From a virus (taxonomy: Duplodnaviria; Caudoviricetes), in the IMG/VR virus record IMGVR_UViG_3300023173_000014, positions 6,791 through 70,790 of that record: 64,000 nucleotides of DNA, one strand, 5' to 3'. The notes below the pieces were generated by a model. The model was given only the letters and a program-made list of their open reading frames with translations, did not search any database and was not told the origin of the DNA. A program made the translations under genes and the position numbers. Below are positions 41,869 to 52,600 of the stretch, piece after piece. Numbering within the stretch: position 1 is the stretch's first letter; every line of letters begins with the position of its first letter.

Positions 41869-44043
41869 ATGGGTTGGTTTGATAGCGAAGAAGAGATCCA
41901 GGTACAGTCCAGTGCCATGCAGGTCTTCGGTAACGATGAAATGCCTTCGATCATTCAGACTGCTGTTGCAGAGATGGTATTTGAAGGTAAAGACTTTGCT
42001 CAAAGCATCATCGAGTCCTCTGTTAACTCACGTTTCCTCGACTTCAAGAACTTCCTTAATTACGGGAAGGACACATACCATCTGGGACTTCCCTCCTTCT
42101 ACTTCAACTCTGAAGCTGAGGTTCGTGGTCTCGTAGGACCGGCATTAGGTATTGAAGCGGATTCCATGGTGTACGTCCGGACAGGTGACGTAAACCTTGC
42201 TCACGTTACATGGCAGGTACTTCGTACTACTTACGGTTATGACCCAGAAACCAATGCGTTAACAGCTTATGAGTTGCCTGAAGGTGCTACCGGCTACGTC
42301 GACAATATTGAAGTCTTTATTCCCGGACTTAATCCTGAGCAAGTCTCTCAATCGTATACCTGGGACACCACATCATTAGGGAATTCTCCTACTAAGCCTG
42401 GAGAACGTTCCGATAAACCTAAGCTGGTGAGTACGACTGAGGACGTACCTAAAGTCGTGGTGACTGTCGCTTACTCTGATGCAGCCGGTTTAGTACATAC
42501 CGAGGAATTTGAACCAGACATACAAGACTTCCTGTTACCTGGTTTCTACTACATGGCTCATTACCTTACCGAGACGGGACATGAGTATTTCACTTACCGC
42601 GCTGGTGAAGGGACCTACCCTACCTTAGACACTGCACGGGAAGTAGAAGGGACGTCTATGAACCTGGGGAGTTTTTACCCAGTCGTCCCGTTCATTGCTA
42701 ACGGTGAGTATCTGGCTTCCCCTGAGTTACGGGATAGTACTGAGTACAAAGAAAAAGTGGCTTTGATGCGGCACTTAAGTCTGGATTATCAAGAACTCGC
42801 TAACAGCATTTACGACAACGCACAGTCTAATGACGTACAGCAAGCCGTGTTCATGTTAGGGGTTTCTTTGACTACAGAGCATCAAACGGAACTGTCTTAC
42901 CTGTATTCCTTTTTCGACAAGTTACAAGACAACCTGCAAATCCAAGATAAAGAAAACTTGCTCAGCGGTTGGATTAAGAATGACACGCGCACTGACGGGT
43001 ACAAACTGAACTACGTAGAAGGCGACTTCGATATGTCGATGACCTTCACGGACCTAACTCGAAGGGTAGTGCCTGGAACGATCGGTGAGGTTGGCGAGTG
43101 TACGTCAGAATTCGGGACACTGACTCGAGATGTGAATACTGGACCTCACACTACTAACCCCATTGGGACCCGTAAATTAACTTCCAAAGTTTTCTACATA
43201 CGTAAACAAGTACTACCGGGCTTGGTTTACGAAATTGCTGTCGAAAACTTACGTCAGTACCAGCGTATCTACAAAGGTGAGAAAGATCACATTAAGTACG
43301 ATGAAGATAACTTCCTTATCCCGTTGGATCACGACTTAGTAAAAGACTTGGATGCCCGTACACGGGATAACTTGCTGTTACGTAGTATGTATTTCGTCGT
43401 GAATGCTTACGACGTGCAGACGATCAAATGGTACGAAAGCACTTGGTTTGGAGCCTTGCTGACATTCGTTGCTTTGGTACTTACAGTGATTACGTTAGGT
43501 GCCACATGGGAGGTACTGGCGGCCGCTTGGGCGGTAGGTACCACCGCTTTCGCGTTAGCAGTTCTCTCTGTCTTGCTTAAAGCACTGGTCATCACTTTGG
43601 TTACTCGTTGGGTTGCCGAACGCATAGGTCCTCGTTGGAGCTTGTTGTTAGCAGTAGTCCTGGCAGTCGCTTCATTCTCTGTCGAAGGTTCAGGATTACT
43701 TTCCGCAGAAAACCTGATGGCTGCCAGTACGTCACTGGCTCGCGCTACTGATGCGATAAACCAAGAGGAAATAGAAGAGACCTTGAAAGAGTACGAACGG
43801 GAACGTGCCCTTTATGAGGAACGTATGGAGGAGATAGAGGAAATCCAGGAGATGCTGAAAACCCCTGTGCTCATTGACGCCTACATGTTTATCGGCCAGG
43901 AACCTGTAACCATACCTGGAGAGTCCCCTTCAGCATTTTATGAACGTACCGTACATAACGGGAACCCTGGTGTCCTCTGTTATGACTATTTGCACAATTA
44001 CTTTGATGTAAACCTACAATTGCCGAAAGCAAATCTGGAGTAA
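41869..44043 (+). CDS. virion protein with C-terminal TM segments (N4 gp53-like)
   Basis: Start MGWFD; KWYES..F then hydrophobic helices; synteny. Confidence 0.8.
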   Translation: MGWFDSEEEIQVQSSAMQVFGNDEMPSIIQTAVAEMVFEGKDFAQSIIESSVNSRFLDFKNFLNYGKDTYHLGLPSFYFNSEAEVRGLVGPALGIEADSMVYVRTGDVNLAHVTWQVLRTTYGYDPETNALTAYELPEGATGYVDNIEVFIPGLNPEQVSQSYTWDTTSLGNSPTKPGERSDKPKLVSTTEDVPKVVVTVAYSDAAGLVHTEEFEPDIQDFLLPGFYYMAHYLTETGHEYFTYRAGEGTYPTLDTAREVEGTSMNLGSFYPVVPFIANGEYLASPELRDSTEYKEKVALMRHLSLDYQELANSIYDNAQSNDVQQAVFMLGVSLTTEHQTELSYLYSFFDKLQDNLQIQDKENLLSGWIKNDTRTDGYKLNYVEGDFDMSMTFTDLTRRVVPGTIGEVGECTSEFGTLTRDVNTGPHTTNPIGTRKLTSKVFYIRKQVLPGLVYEIAVENLRQYQRIYKGEKDHIKYDEDNFLIPLDHDLVKDLDARTRDNLLLRSMYFVVNAYDVQTIKWYESTWFGALLTFVALVLTVITLGATWEVLAAAWAVGTTAFALAVLSVLLKALVITLVTRWVAERIGPRWSLLLAVVLAVASFSVEGSGLLSAENLMAASTSLARATDAINQEEIEETLKEYERERALYEERMEEIEEIQEMLKTPVLIDAYMFIGQEPVTIPGESPSAFYERTVHNGNPGVLCYDYLHNYFDVNLQLPKANLE

Positions 44044-44048
44044 CACTT

Positions 44049-44465
44049 ATGGATCAATTTCTCCCTTCTTATGTCGACCCTTCCTTGATGGGTCAAGCAC
44101 CTCAATACCAGTCCTTGACGGGGTTGAACCTGAATACCGGTGAGTGGTCCTCCCCTATTCTAGGCGATGCTCTCAATGAAGGTGGTAAGACACCGGCCCC
44201 TCAGTCGGCTATCTGGGGTAACACCATGCAAGGCATTAATGCTGCTACCAACCTGTTTAATGGTTGGGTCGGTTACCAGCAGATGAAAGCAGCTCGTGAA
44301 GGCCTCCAAGAAAGTAAGCGTCAGTTTGATATGAACTGGGGTGCACAGAAGCAGCTTACTAATCAGCAACTCTGGGAGCGCCGTAATGCACAGATTGCAG
44401 CGGCAGGTGGCGTAAACAACGGCCTGACTCCTGATGAGTACGTTATGCAGTGGGGAGTTCAATAA
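44049..44465 (+). CDS. small virion/ejection protein (N4 gp52-like)
   Basis: G...Q...A...L....RQF..NW.AQ....N.QL..R pattern. Confidence 0.75.
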   Translation: MDQFLPSYVDPSLMGQAPQYQSLTGLNLNTGEWSSPILGDALNEGGKTPAPQSAIWGNTMQGINAATNLFNGWVGYQQMKAAREGLQESKRQFDMNWGAQKQLTNQQLWERRNAQIAAAGGVNNGLTPDEYVMQWGVQ

Positions 44466-46081
44466 TGCCTATTACCTGGAGACAACTCACCAGCGATGTT
44501 ACCGGTGTCACTAATGCTGCAGTTCGTGGCATGGAGAACGGCCGTAAGAATATCGCCGGTATGTTAACTGGTTTCCGAAATCAGCTTCGGGACCATGTGG
44601 ATGAACGTACTGCACAAAACGAAGCAGACTTACGTAGTTATTTAGACGGGTTACAGACACCTGACGCTTTCACAGAAGCACAAGCGTCTGGCGCAATCCA
44701 GGAACGTATTGCCGGTTATGGAGAGTTCGCTCCGGCCGATCGCTTTCAGTCCTTGGTTTCGGATTACCCGGACACGCTACGTAAACGTGTTACGGATGAG
44801 CAAGCCTTTAATGATGCCCAAGCAGAACGCTCACTGAAACCAGTCTACGATGACATCTACTCCCGTTTACGTAATGGGGATACTGCAGGTGCGAGCGAAC
44901 TGATGGACCAGCACGATCTGGGTAGCCGTGAAGGTGCTATGACGGACTTACTGCGTCAAGAAGAGGCTCGCCTTAAGGGCCGTGCCAATGAGGCAAGTTC
45001 TCGTAAGTACTTTGCAGAGTTGAGTACACCTGGGGCTTTCAACACCCAAAAAGATCTGGATGCGTTCACGCAACGAGTAGCCTCTGATCCAACGTTGTCA
45101 GCCGCTACACGTGAAGCTCTTTTGAGCAACGCACAGCAACGCGCTGCAGATGGGTCAATGGGTGCTGTAGATTCGCGTAACTTCAAGCAGTTCGCTGCGA
45201 ACCTCGGTACGTCTATGGGCATTACGAATAACATGTACTACCAGGAGAGCCAGAATCCAGATGCGTTCAGTGATACGTTGAACAGTGCAGCAGGGATTAA
45301 AGACGAGTTGCTGAAGAGTGGTATGTCTGAAGGTGATGCTACTAACTTCAGTGCAGGTCTTTTTGAAGTGGTGGCTCGTGGTGTTCCTGACGGTAATGGG
45401 GGTTATGCCCGACTGCCTATGTCCCCTGCGTTGGTCCGCATGATCAAAGACCAGGCAACAGACTTGTGGTTGAAGAACGATCTGACGGCCTCGGAAGTGG
45501 CTGAGCAGGCGATTCACTCGTTAGGTCTGGCTCAGCAGTATGCCAACTATACTCAGTACGAGAGTGCGCTCACACAAGAACGCGCACGTTTACTACAGGA
45601 GTCAGGAAGACGTCCTACGCCAGAGCCTGTTAACCAGACGGACACTACACCAGAAACACCTAAAGAAAAGGCGCCTGTGCCGTCCCCTGTAAGCCCTAAA
45701 GGACCTACTTCTCCGGTACAACGTACGGAAGACTTGATCACCGCATTACGTGGTGTGAGTGAAAGTAATATCAAGTTGTCACCAGAGCAGGAACGGAAAG
45801 CGTCCAGCTACACCGACAAAGCCTGGGGCCGGCAACGTGCACAGAAAGCTCAAATGAGTGAGTTGCGAGACTTACGTGGTGAGTACATCGAGCTGATGCA
45901 GGAACTCTCGTCAGAGGTTCCGCCTTCTTTCATCGATGAAGCACGTCGGGGTAATAACTTAGGAGCTGAAAGTGGTAAATCCCGTTCAGGACGCACTGTA
46001 CGTCGTACTGAAGGTACCAAAGATAAACTGAGTCGTATGGTGGAGCTTGAGAATAAGCTCCGGGAGTTTGTCACTCAGTAA
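44465..46081 (+). CDS. ejection protein (N4 gp51-like)
   Basis: MPITWR N-terminus; TAATG coupling; precedes vRNAP. Confidence 0.75.
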   Translation: MPITWRQLTSDVTGVTNAAVRGMENGRKNIAGMLTGFRNQLRDHVDERTAQNEADLRSYLDGLQTPDAFTEAQASGAIQERIAGYGEFAPADRFQSLVSDYPDTLRKRVTDEQAFNDAQAERSLKPVYDDIYSRLRNGDTAGASELMDQHDLGSREGAMTDLLRQEEARLKGRANEASSRKYFAELSTPGAFNTQKDLDAFTQRVASDPTLSAATREALLSNAQQRAADGSMGAVDSRNFKQFAANLGTSMGITNNMYYQESQNPDAFSDTLNSAAGIKDELLKSGMSEGDATNFSAGLFEVVARGVPDGNGGYARLPMSPALVRMIKDQATDLWLKNDLTASEVAEQAIHSLGLAQQYANYTQYESALTQERARLLQESGRRPTPEPVNQTDTTPETPKEKAPVPSPVSPKGPTSPVQRTEDLITALRGVSESNIKLSPEQERKASSYTDKAWGRQRAQKAQMSELRDLRGEYIELMQELSSEVPPSFIDEARRGNNLGAESGKSRSGRTVRRTEGTKDKLSRMVELENKLREFVTQ

Positions 46082-46536
46082 CAGTAAGAAAAGGTACCAA
46101 CAGAATTACAGAATGTCGTTGTGTTGGTACCTTCCTTTGCAGCTTGTGCCATATCGTCTGCGAGGGCCTGGTTTTCTTTTTGTTGCTCAGAAGCCAAGGC
46201 GTTGTAGTTATTAACAGACGCTTGCTGTTTCAGTGCTTCTGTTTTCAATCCATCCTGACAAACAGTTAACGATGGTGCTGGCGTCGACACGTATGACTGT
46301 TTCGCGTACTCATTAAGCATCACTGGATCGAAATCCCATAGCTGGATCGACGATCGCATGACCTCTGCAATCCGTGTTTGATCATAAACACTCAGCATTC
46401 CTTGTTCTCTACACTTGTAGAGCAAAGCGTCTACCGCACCGAAGTATTTGTAATTCTCTACCGGCATAGTCTGTTTGGTTGCGCAGCCTACAAGGGAAAA
46501 CATCACACAAATACACAAAGCAGAAGCAATTCTCAC
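46075..46536 (-). CDS. lipoprotein
   Basis: Signal peptide with lipobox LVG-C; C-terminal TTTFCNSVGTFSYCY. Confidence 0.8.
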   Translation of the reverse strand: MRIASALCICVMFSLVGCATKQTMPVENYKYFGAVDALLYKCREQGMLSVYDQTRIAEVMRSSIQLWDFDPVMLNEYAKQSYVSTPAPSLTVCQDGLKTEALKQQASVNNYNALASEQQKENQALADDMAQAAKEGTNTTTFCNSVGTFSYCY

Positions 46537-46566
46537 AATCTCGTCCTTAACAGTAACTTCGCCTTG

Positions 46567-46595
46567 AGTGTAGCACTGCCCTGTCCGACAGATAA
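46567..46595 (-). promoter_or_regulatory. sigma70-like promoter for the lipoprotein
   Basis: TTATCT-17 bp-TACACT with extended -10 TG. Confidence 0.5.
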
Positions 46596-46625
46596 ACCAG
46601 CAAAAGTCAGTAACCGTTTCATAAT
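46596..46625 (+). promoter_or_regulatory. putative vRNAP gene promoter/operator
   Basis: ACCAGCAAAAGTCAGTAA motif followed by -10-like CATAAT, 30 nt before the ATG. Confidence 0.5.
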
Positions 46626-46654
46626 GCCTGCCATTACTTTGCGGGAGATCTTAA

Positions 46655-49600
46655 ATGGAACCATCCATCTACCAAAAACTTTCCGGGGCTACGTCCGAGA
46701 AAGCATTGAACGTGGAAGAAGCACGTACACGCAAACAACAAGCGTTGGATCGTATCAGCGCAAGCGTCGCTTACCGTAACTCATGGGAAGGTCAGGTTGC
46801 AGGTCTGGGAACGAATAGCGACCTCGCCCGTTCTTTCTCCTCCGGGGTTGTTGGAGGTACCGGCGCCATTGTTGATGGTGTTGCCGGATTAACAGGTAGT
46901 GAAGCCTTAGAAAACACAGGTGATTGGTTTGCTGAAGGTGCTCAAAATATCCGTCAATCACGTTCAGGTGAGTATCAGGATAACGTAACCAAGGCTACTC
47001 CTACTGGTGACCTGTTCTCCCCTAGTACCTGGGATCTTGGTGACGGTAACTTGGAAGGTCTTGGTGGATTACTGGCAGAGACCACCGGTCAGATGGCTCC
47101 TCAATTGGCTGCTGGTGCTGTAACCGGTGGTGTAGGTGCCGCTGTTGTAGGAGGGGCGCAAGCCGCAGGCGGAGCGTCCCGTCAACAATGGGAATACGTT
47201 GATGCGCTTTCTCACGATGAGTTGATGAACGAGTCTGGTTTGTACCGTGATCTGGTGGTTACCGGATCTTCACCTGAAGACGCCCGTAAAGAGGTTCGAG
47301 AAACTGCCGCCCGTGCCGCAGGTTTACCTGCTGCTGTTATTGGCGGTGCTGGTGGTGCGGCAACTCATTACATTTTGTCTGGTTTACCTTCCGCATTGTC
47401 TAAGGCTTTACCGGACACGTTACCAGGGAAAGTAGCGTCTCACGCAAGTACTGCTGGTATTAGTGCGGTAGAAGAAGGGATACAAGAAGCTGCCGAAGCA
47501 GTAACCTCCAAGAGCGTAGCTAACGCTGCCATTGATAGCGATCAACAAATCGATGAAGGTGTATTTACCGATCTGGTGTTGGGTGCAGGTACTGGCGGTG
47601 CAATTTCTGCTGGTAAGAGTAGCCTCAAAACCATTTCTGCAACGGCAGATTTGATCGATAAGGGGCTTGCCAAAACCAACCGTGCTGAAGCTACGCCTGA
47701 AGAGGTGGCAACACTCTCGGACCCTACCAGTGACGCATACGATCCCGTACGTGTTGCGCGTACTGCGTACAAAAAGTTGAAAGAAGATCCAGAGTCTGAT
47801 GGCGCAGCTCAGATTGATTCCTTGGTTTCCGAACAACAAAGCCTGATTGAAAATATCAAACTGCGTGGTATGGCCTCTACCGAGGAAGGACGTGCACAAC
47901 TCCAGGCTGTTGTTGAACGTGCAGAAGCTCGCTTGGTAGGCGAAACAGATACTGAAGAACGTTCTGCCCTTGAGAACACCCGCGATACATTTAACGCCCT
48001 TCTACAAGAAGGTGAGGATGCGGATACAGAGGTTATCCGTGCTGAGCTTGGGAAAGCTAACACTACCCTAAGTAAACTGGAGCGTTTCCGCGATGCTGCT
48101 CAAACCAACCAAGATGTAGGGGAGGATCTGCTATCTGAGTCTGGTACAGACACTTCAGAGACGCGTGTCAATCGTACTGTTGTACGTGCAATGAATAACC
48201 CTGATGCCTACACGCCAGAGCAACTGTCATCTCTTGTTACTCAGTCAGGAAACGGCCTGACCTCAAACCAACGCGCTTACCTTCGTGCTTTAGGTACTTC
48301 ACAGGAGCGTTTGAACACCACTGGTGATAATGCGCCGTCGTTGGCGAACACGCAGAAAGGGGTCTACTACGGTACCGATGGTTTCAAAGGCCTGAAACAG
48401 TACCGTAAAGATATGGCTACTGCCGTCCGTGGCGGTAATGTGGGTGCCATTAATCGAGAACTTCAAGGTATTCGTTTATTCCGTCAAAGCCATACCGAAA
48501 AAGCATCTGCAGTGCAGGCTGCCTATGCTGATGCACAACAAACAGGTTCACCGGTCCAGGTGGTACGTACTTTGGCAGGTAATTGGGAACCAAGTACAGA
48601 GACCCTTACTGACGCTGCTTTACGTGAGAATGGCGGCCTGTTGATCTCTGCTCGCTCTGGTTCTTTGGTATCCGCCATCCAGGAAGAAGCTGCGACTATC
48701 GGTGTCATCGAAGCAGAATTGAAAGCCTTAAAAGACGTGCGTAATCCCGTTACCGAAGAACCTACTAATTTTGGTGAAATTAGTACTTCGGAGACTTCAT
48801 CCTCTGAAACACAGACTGTACCTGCTTCGGAGCCTGCTGAAGGGTTAGTAGATACTGCAGAAAGTACGCCTGAACCTGAATCTGTACCCAATGTACAAGA
48901 GCTGATTGAAGAGGCGCCTACCGATGAGACGAATGACACAGAGGCAGAGGCAGAAGAAAGCACAGAACAGGAAGCGCCAGCAGAGCCTGAAGAAGTAGAA
49001 GCAGTTAAATTGGAAGCAGGAGCATTGCAGTTCCCTGCAACACCTTCTACCAAAGACGGGACCGAGGTTACAACTAACTTACTTCATAAGTACGGGAAAC
49101 AGTCAGCAGGTTCTTCGGAGGCTCCCAAGGCGTTAGTCACTATCAAAAACCTGGCTTCTTATGTGAAAGCAGAAGGTGCAAGTGTCTTGCAGGACCTTAC
49201 CGGTAAAGTTCTGACTGATACCGATCTCAGTGCGTTAAGTACCTTGTTAGAGGATGCAAATGTACTGGGGGATACCGTTCAAGTGTTGTTCCGTGAAAAG
49301 AAGGAAGGTTTCCAACACCAGGACTGGCTAGGGTACTTCAGTGAAGCCGGTGAACTTCCGGAGAATGTAACGACGGCTATCGGTATCGCTGCGATCGACT
49401 GGGCGGGTTCTAACGTCTCTTCACTTGGTTTCAATACTGATGAAGACATTCGTCGCATTCTTTCCATGGATAAGAGTGAGCAAATTCCGTCACATGCACG
49501 CAACACGTTACGTAAAGCCGGGGCACGTCGTGAATTTGTCGTACGCGACATTGGCCGTTCTGCTGTACGGATGTTGGGCATCTCACTGACGAATGCACCA

Positions 49601-52600
49601 AAGAACTATCGCAGCAATCTTGAGACTGCGTTGGGGATGTACGGTGTCATGGCACTACAAGAACAAGGCGTTCTTGGGCAGCAACGTGTAACGGGAATGC
49701 GCAGTTTGGTCACAGACACTCCTGATCCTGATGATAAGACTAATGCGACCTTTCTGCCGCCGGTACTGGAAGGTAATCGGCTCCCTTCTCAAAGCGCAGC
49801 ACTCGTGCGTGAAACCAAAGCAGTACGTAATCTCCTTCCGGTCGTGTTCGGAAGTGAGTCTGCTGTGGTAGGGCCAGTACTGGAGTCGCCTGAGAAGTGG
49901 AGCCAGAAACGGATTAACAACAGTTTACAGGGCGTACCTGCTGCTTTGGCTGAGGCACAAGAGGCGGCGTTTAAACGTCCCTGGCACATTCGCTCGAATG
50001 GTCCCGCTTCGTCTTTCCTGGCGCTATCTCGGGAAGCACAGGAGCGTATTGTTGGTATTCAGGCTGTGACTCCTGCAATGCACGTCAATGAACAAGAGCG
50101 TATCGAGTCTAAGAATGAGGGTTTACGTCGTGAACTGAACCACTTCCAAGACTTCATCGATACAGCTCCAGATGGGTTAAGTCAGCGATTCTGGTTACGC
50201 CCTGTCGTCTGGAGTGTCCAGCGTGCAGGCTTACAGTCACAACAGATAAACCCGCAGACCAGCAAAATCCATCGTCACCTGGTTTCCTTGAACGACTGGC
50301 GTACGCCGGTATCTACTGATCGTCGTAGCAAGAGCTTTCGTCGTTTCTCTCTGGCTCTGGCAGTAGGTCTCGGTATTGATGTGGATAAACAACCTCTTGA
50401 CCACACCTACAAGCAGATGCAGGACAAATGGGTTAAGTATGCGGAAGCTATTGATGTACTGATCCCAACATTGGACGGTGAGGTACTGACGTCTGAGCAG
50501 GAAGCGATTGTCGCAGAAGCCGTGGCAGATGCTGGTGAAGCAATGCACTCATTCGATGCCTTGGTGAACATGGCGCAATGGGAAAAAGCGAAACGTACAG
50601 GACAGAAAGAGTTCACCACAGACATCATGTTTGAAGTCGACGGTGTGACTAACGGACCTATGCTCACGCACTTATTCATGGGCGTAGAAAATACGGCCGA
50701 GCCTCTACAGAACCTTGTTGAACGGGGCGGTTTCTTCAAACGTGGTAGTGAGTTCAAGAGTTTTGGTGATTTCAAAAACCAGAAGAAGAATGACCTCTAC
50801 GAGACCTTGGCCACGACGTTACACCATGTCCTTAATGAGAAGGAACAGTCACCTGCAGGTCAGGCTATTCAGAGCCTGGTAGGTAATATCTTCGATGAAG
50901 AGACAGGTACCGCAGCGAAGGCCGGCCGTAATCTCGTGAAAACCCCGGTCACTGCATCCACCTTCGGTTCATCGATCGGAAAGGTCCTGAGCAGTATGGC
51001 GGACGAGGTACTGACCAAAGTAGAACGCCAGATTGAGGCTTTGGCTGCCGAGGGTGCAGATGCTTCTGAGTTAATCAGTAAAGTGAACACAGTCCTCCAA
51101 GCGGGCGGAGCCACGCAGAACGAAATGCTGCCGCCTACTACTGCAGTAGCATTACTCAAACACCGCTGGACACCAAAACAAGTTCAGGCTTTCAACAAAG
51201 GGTATGAAGGTACCTATGGACAGGCGGTAAAAGAAGCCATCGAACGTCAGTCTGATGGGTTCCTGGAAAACCGTAAAACCATGAACAACATTGCCAATAC
51301 TTCTTACGAAGCATTCAAGGTGGTGTATGAAGCAGTGCGTGAAGATTTTAAGAAAGAGTTACTGCGTAAGGGACGTGTTAAGTACCGGACCAACAATAAA
51401 GGCGAGCGTATTGCGATTGCTGATCTGACTCCACAACAAGAGAAAGAATTGGATACTCGCTTGAAGAACGCACTCCCTATTGTCCATACCTACTTCTCGA
51501 AATTAGAGGGTGTACTGCAGAACGGTCTTGGGGTTTATAAGCAAAAGAATGTTCCCGGTAGTACCGGTAATGGTGAAGAGTACTTACAAGAAACAAACGT
51601 TGCTCGTGCTGTAGATGTTACAGGCGACAAGCCGTATAAATCCATGTCAATTCAAGGACTTATCAACGTACTGGCAAGTCCAGGTGTAGGTACTTTGATC
51701 AAGCAGGTGCACTCGTCTGACAGTGCCATCTCAGCGTCTGTGTATGGAAAACTTCCAACACTGAATCTTCACGATGCGAACGGGATGGCGATAAACCAAA
51801 TTGAAGAAGTTGCTGAAGCGATGAATAAAGCAACCTTCGATGTCCTGGCTAATTACTCCATCCCAATGGAGAACGTCAGTAACCTAACGCGTGTTCTGAA
51901 AGGGACCACAGAACTACAGCAACGTTACCCGTCTGTTGCGAATGCCTTGGCGTCTGCAAACCTGGCTTCCCTCTTCCAAGGTAATTTAGAGAAGATGGTC
52001 GGTAAGGGTGCCGGCATGGATGCGTACCTGCGTATGGCCAAAGGAAATCCAATCAACGCGTACCTTATGGCAGCTCATCAGGCAGCCACACAAATGGAAC
52101 GGAACAAACTCCATACGTTGAAGAACGTTGGTCAAGTCAATCAGTATTCCTTCGAGGGCGGTCATTACCAGATCACGAAACAAGACCGTGACTTGCTGGA
52201 CACCCGACTGACTGAACTGGAGGCTTTACCTAACCCAGGTCAAACACTGGATACTCAATCCTTGGTTTCAGGGGAAGTCGCACCGCGTACAGTTACTGCA
52301 GAACCAGAGGAGCTGATCCCGTTAGTACGTGAGGCTCTCCGTAATGACCGAGGTAATCGTGGCTTACGTCAGGCACTGAAGCACCTTGTACGTGGTGACA
52401 CTACTGAAGAGGTAATGAAGAACCTGCCAGAGGCATCAGCTAAGGAAGTGACTGATCTTATTCTGAGCACAGAAGATAACCAGGCAGTGGCGAAAGACAA
52501 GTTCATGCTTACGAACCAAGCACGGGTTGTACTGCTGGCAGAACAGCTTCAAGGCCTGTACCCACAATGGGACGCTGACCTGACTTCCTTTGTTCGTTAC

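Noticed and set aside
46576-46591. LexA box CTG-N10-CAG near the vRNAP/lipoprotein promoters
   Set aside because: Only the minimal pattern matches; the spacer is GC-rich and flanks are poor, so it is expected by chance.
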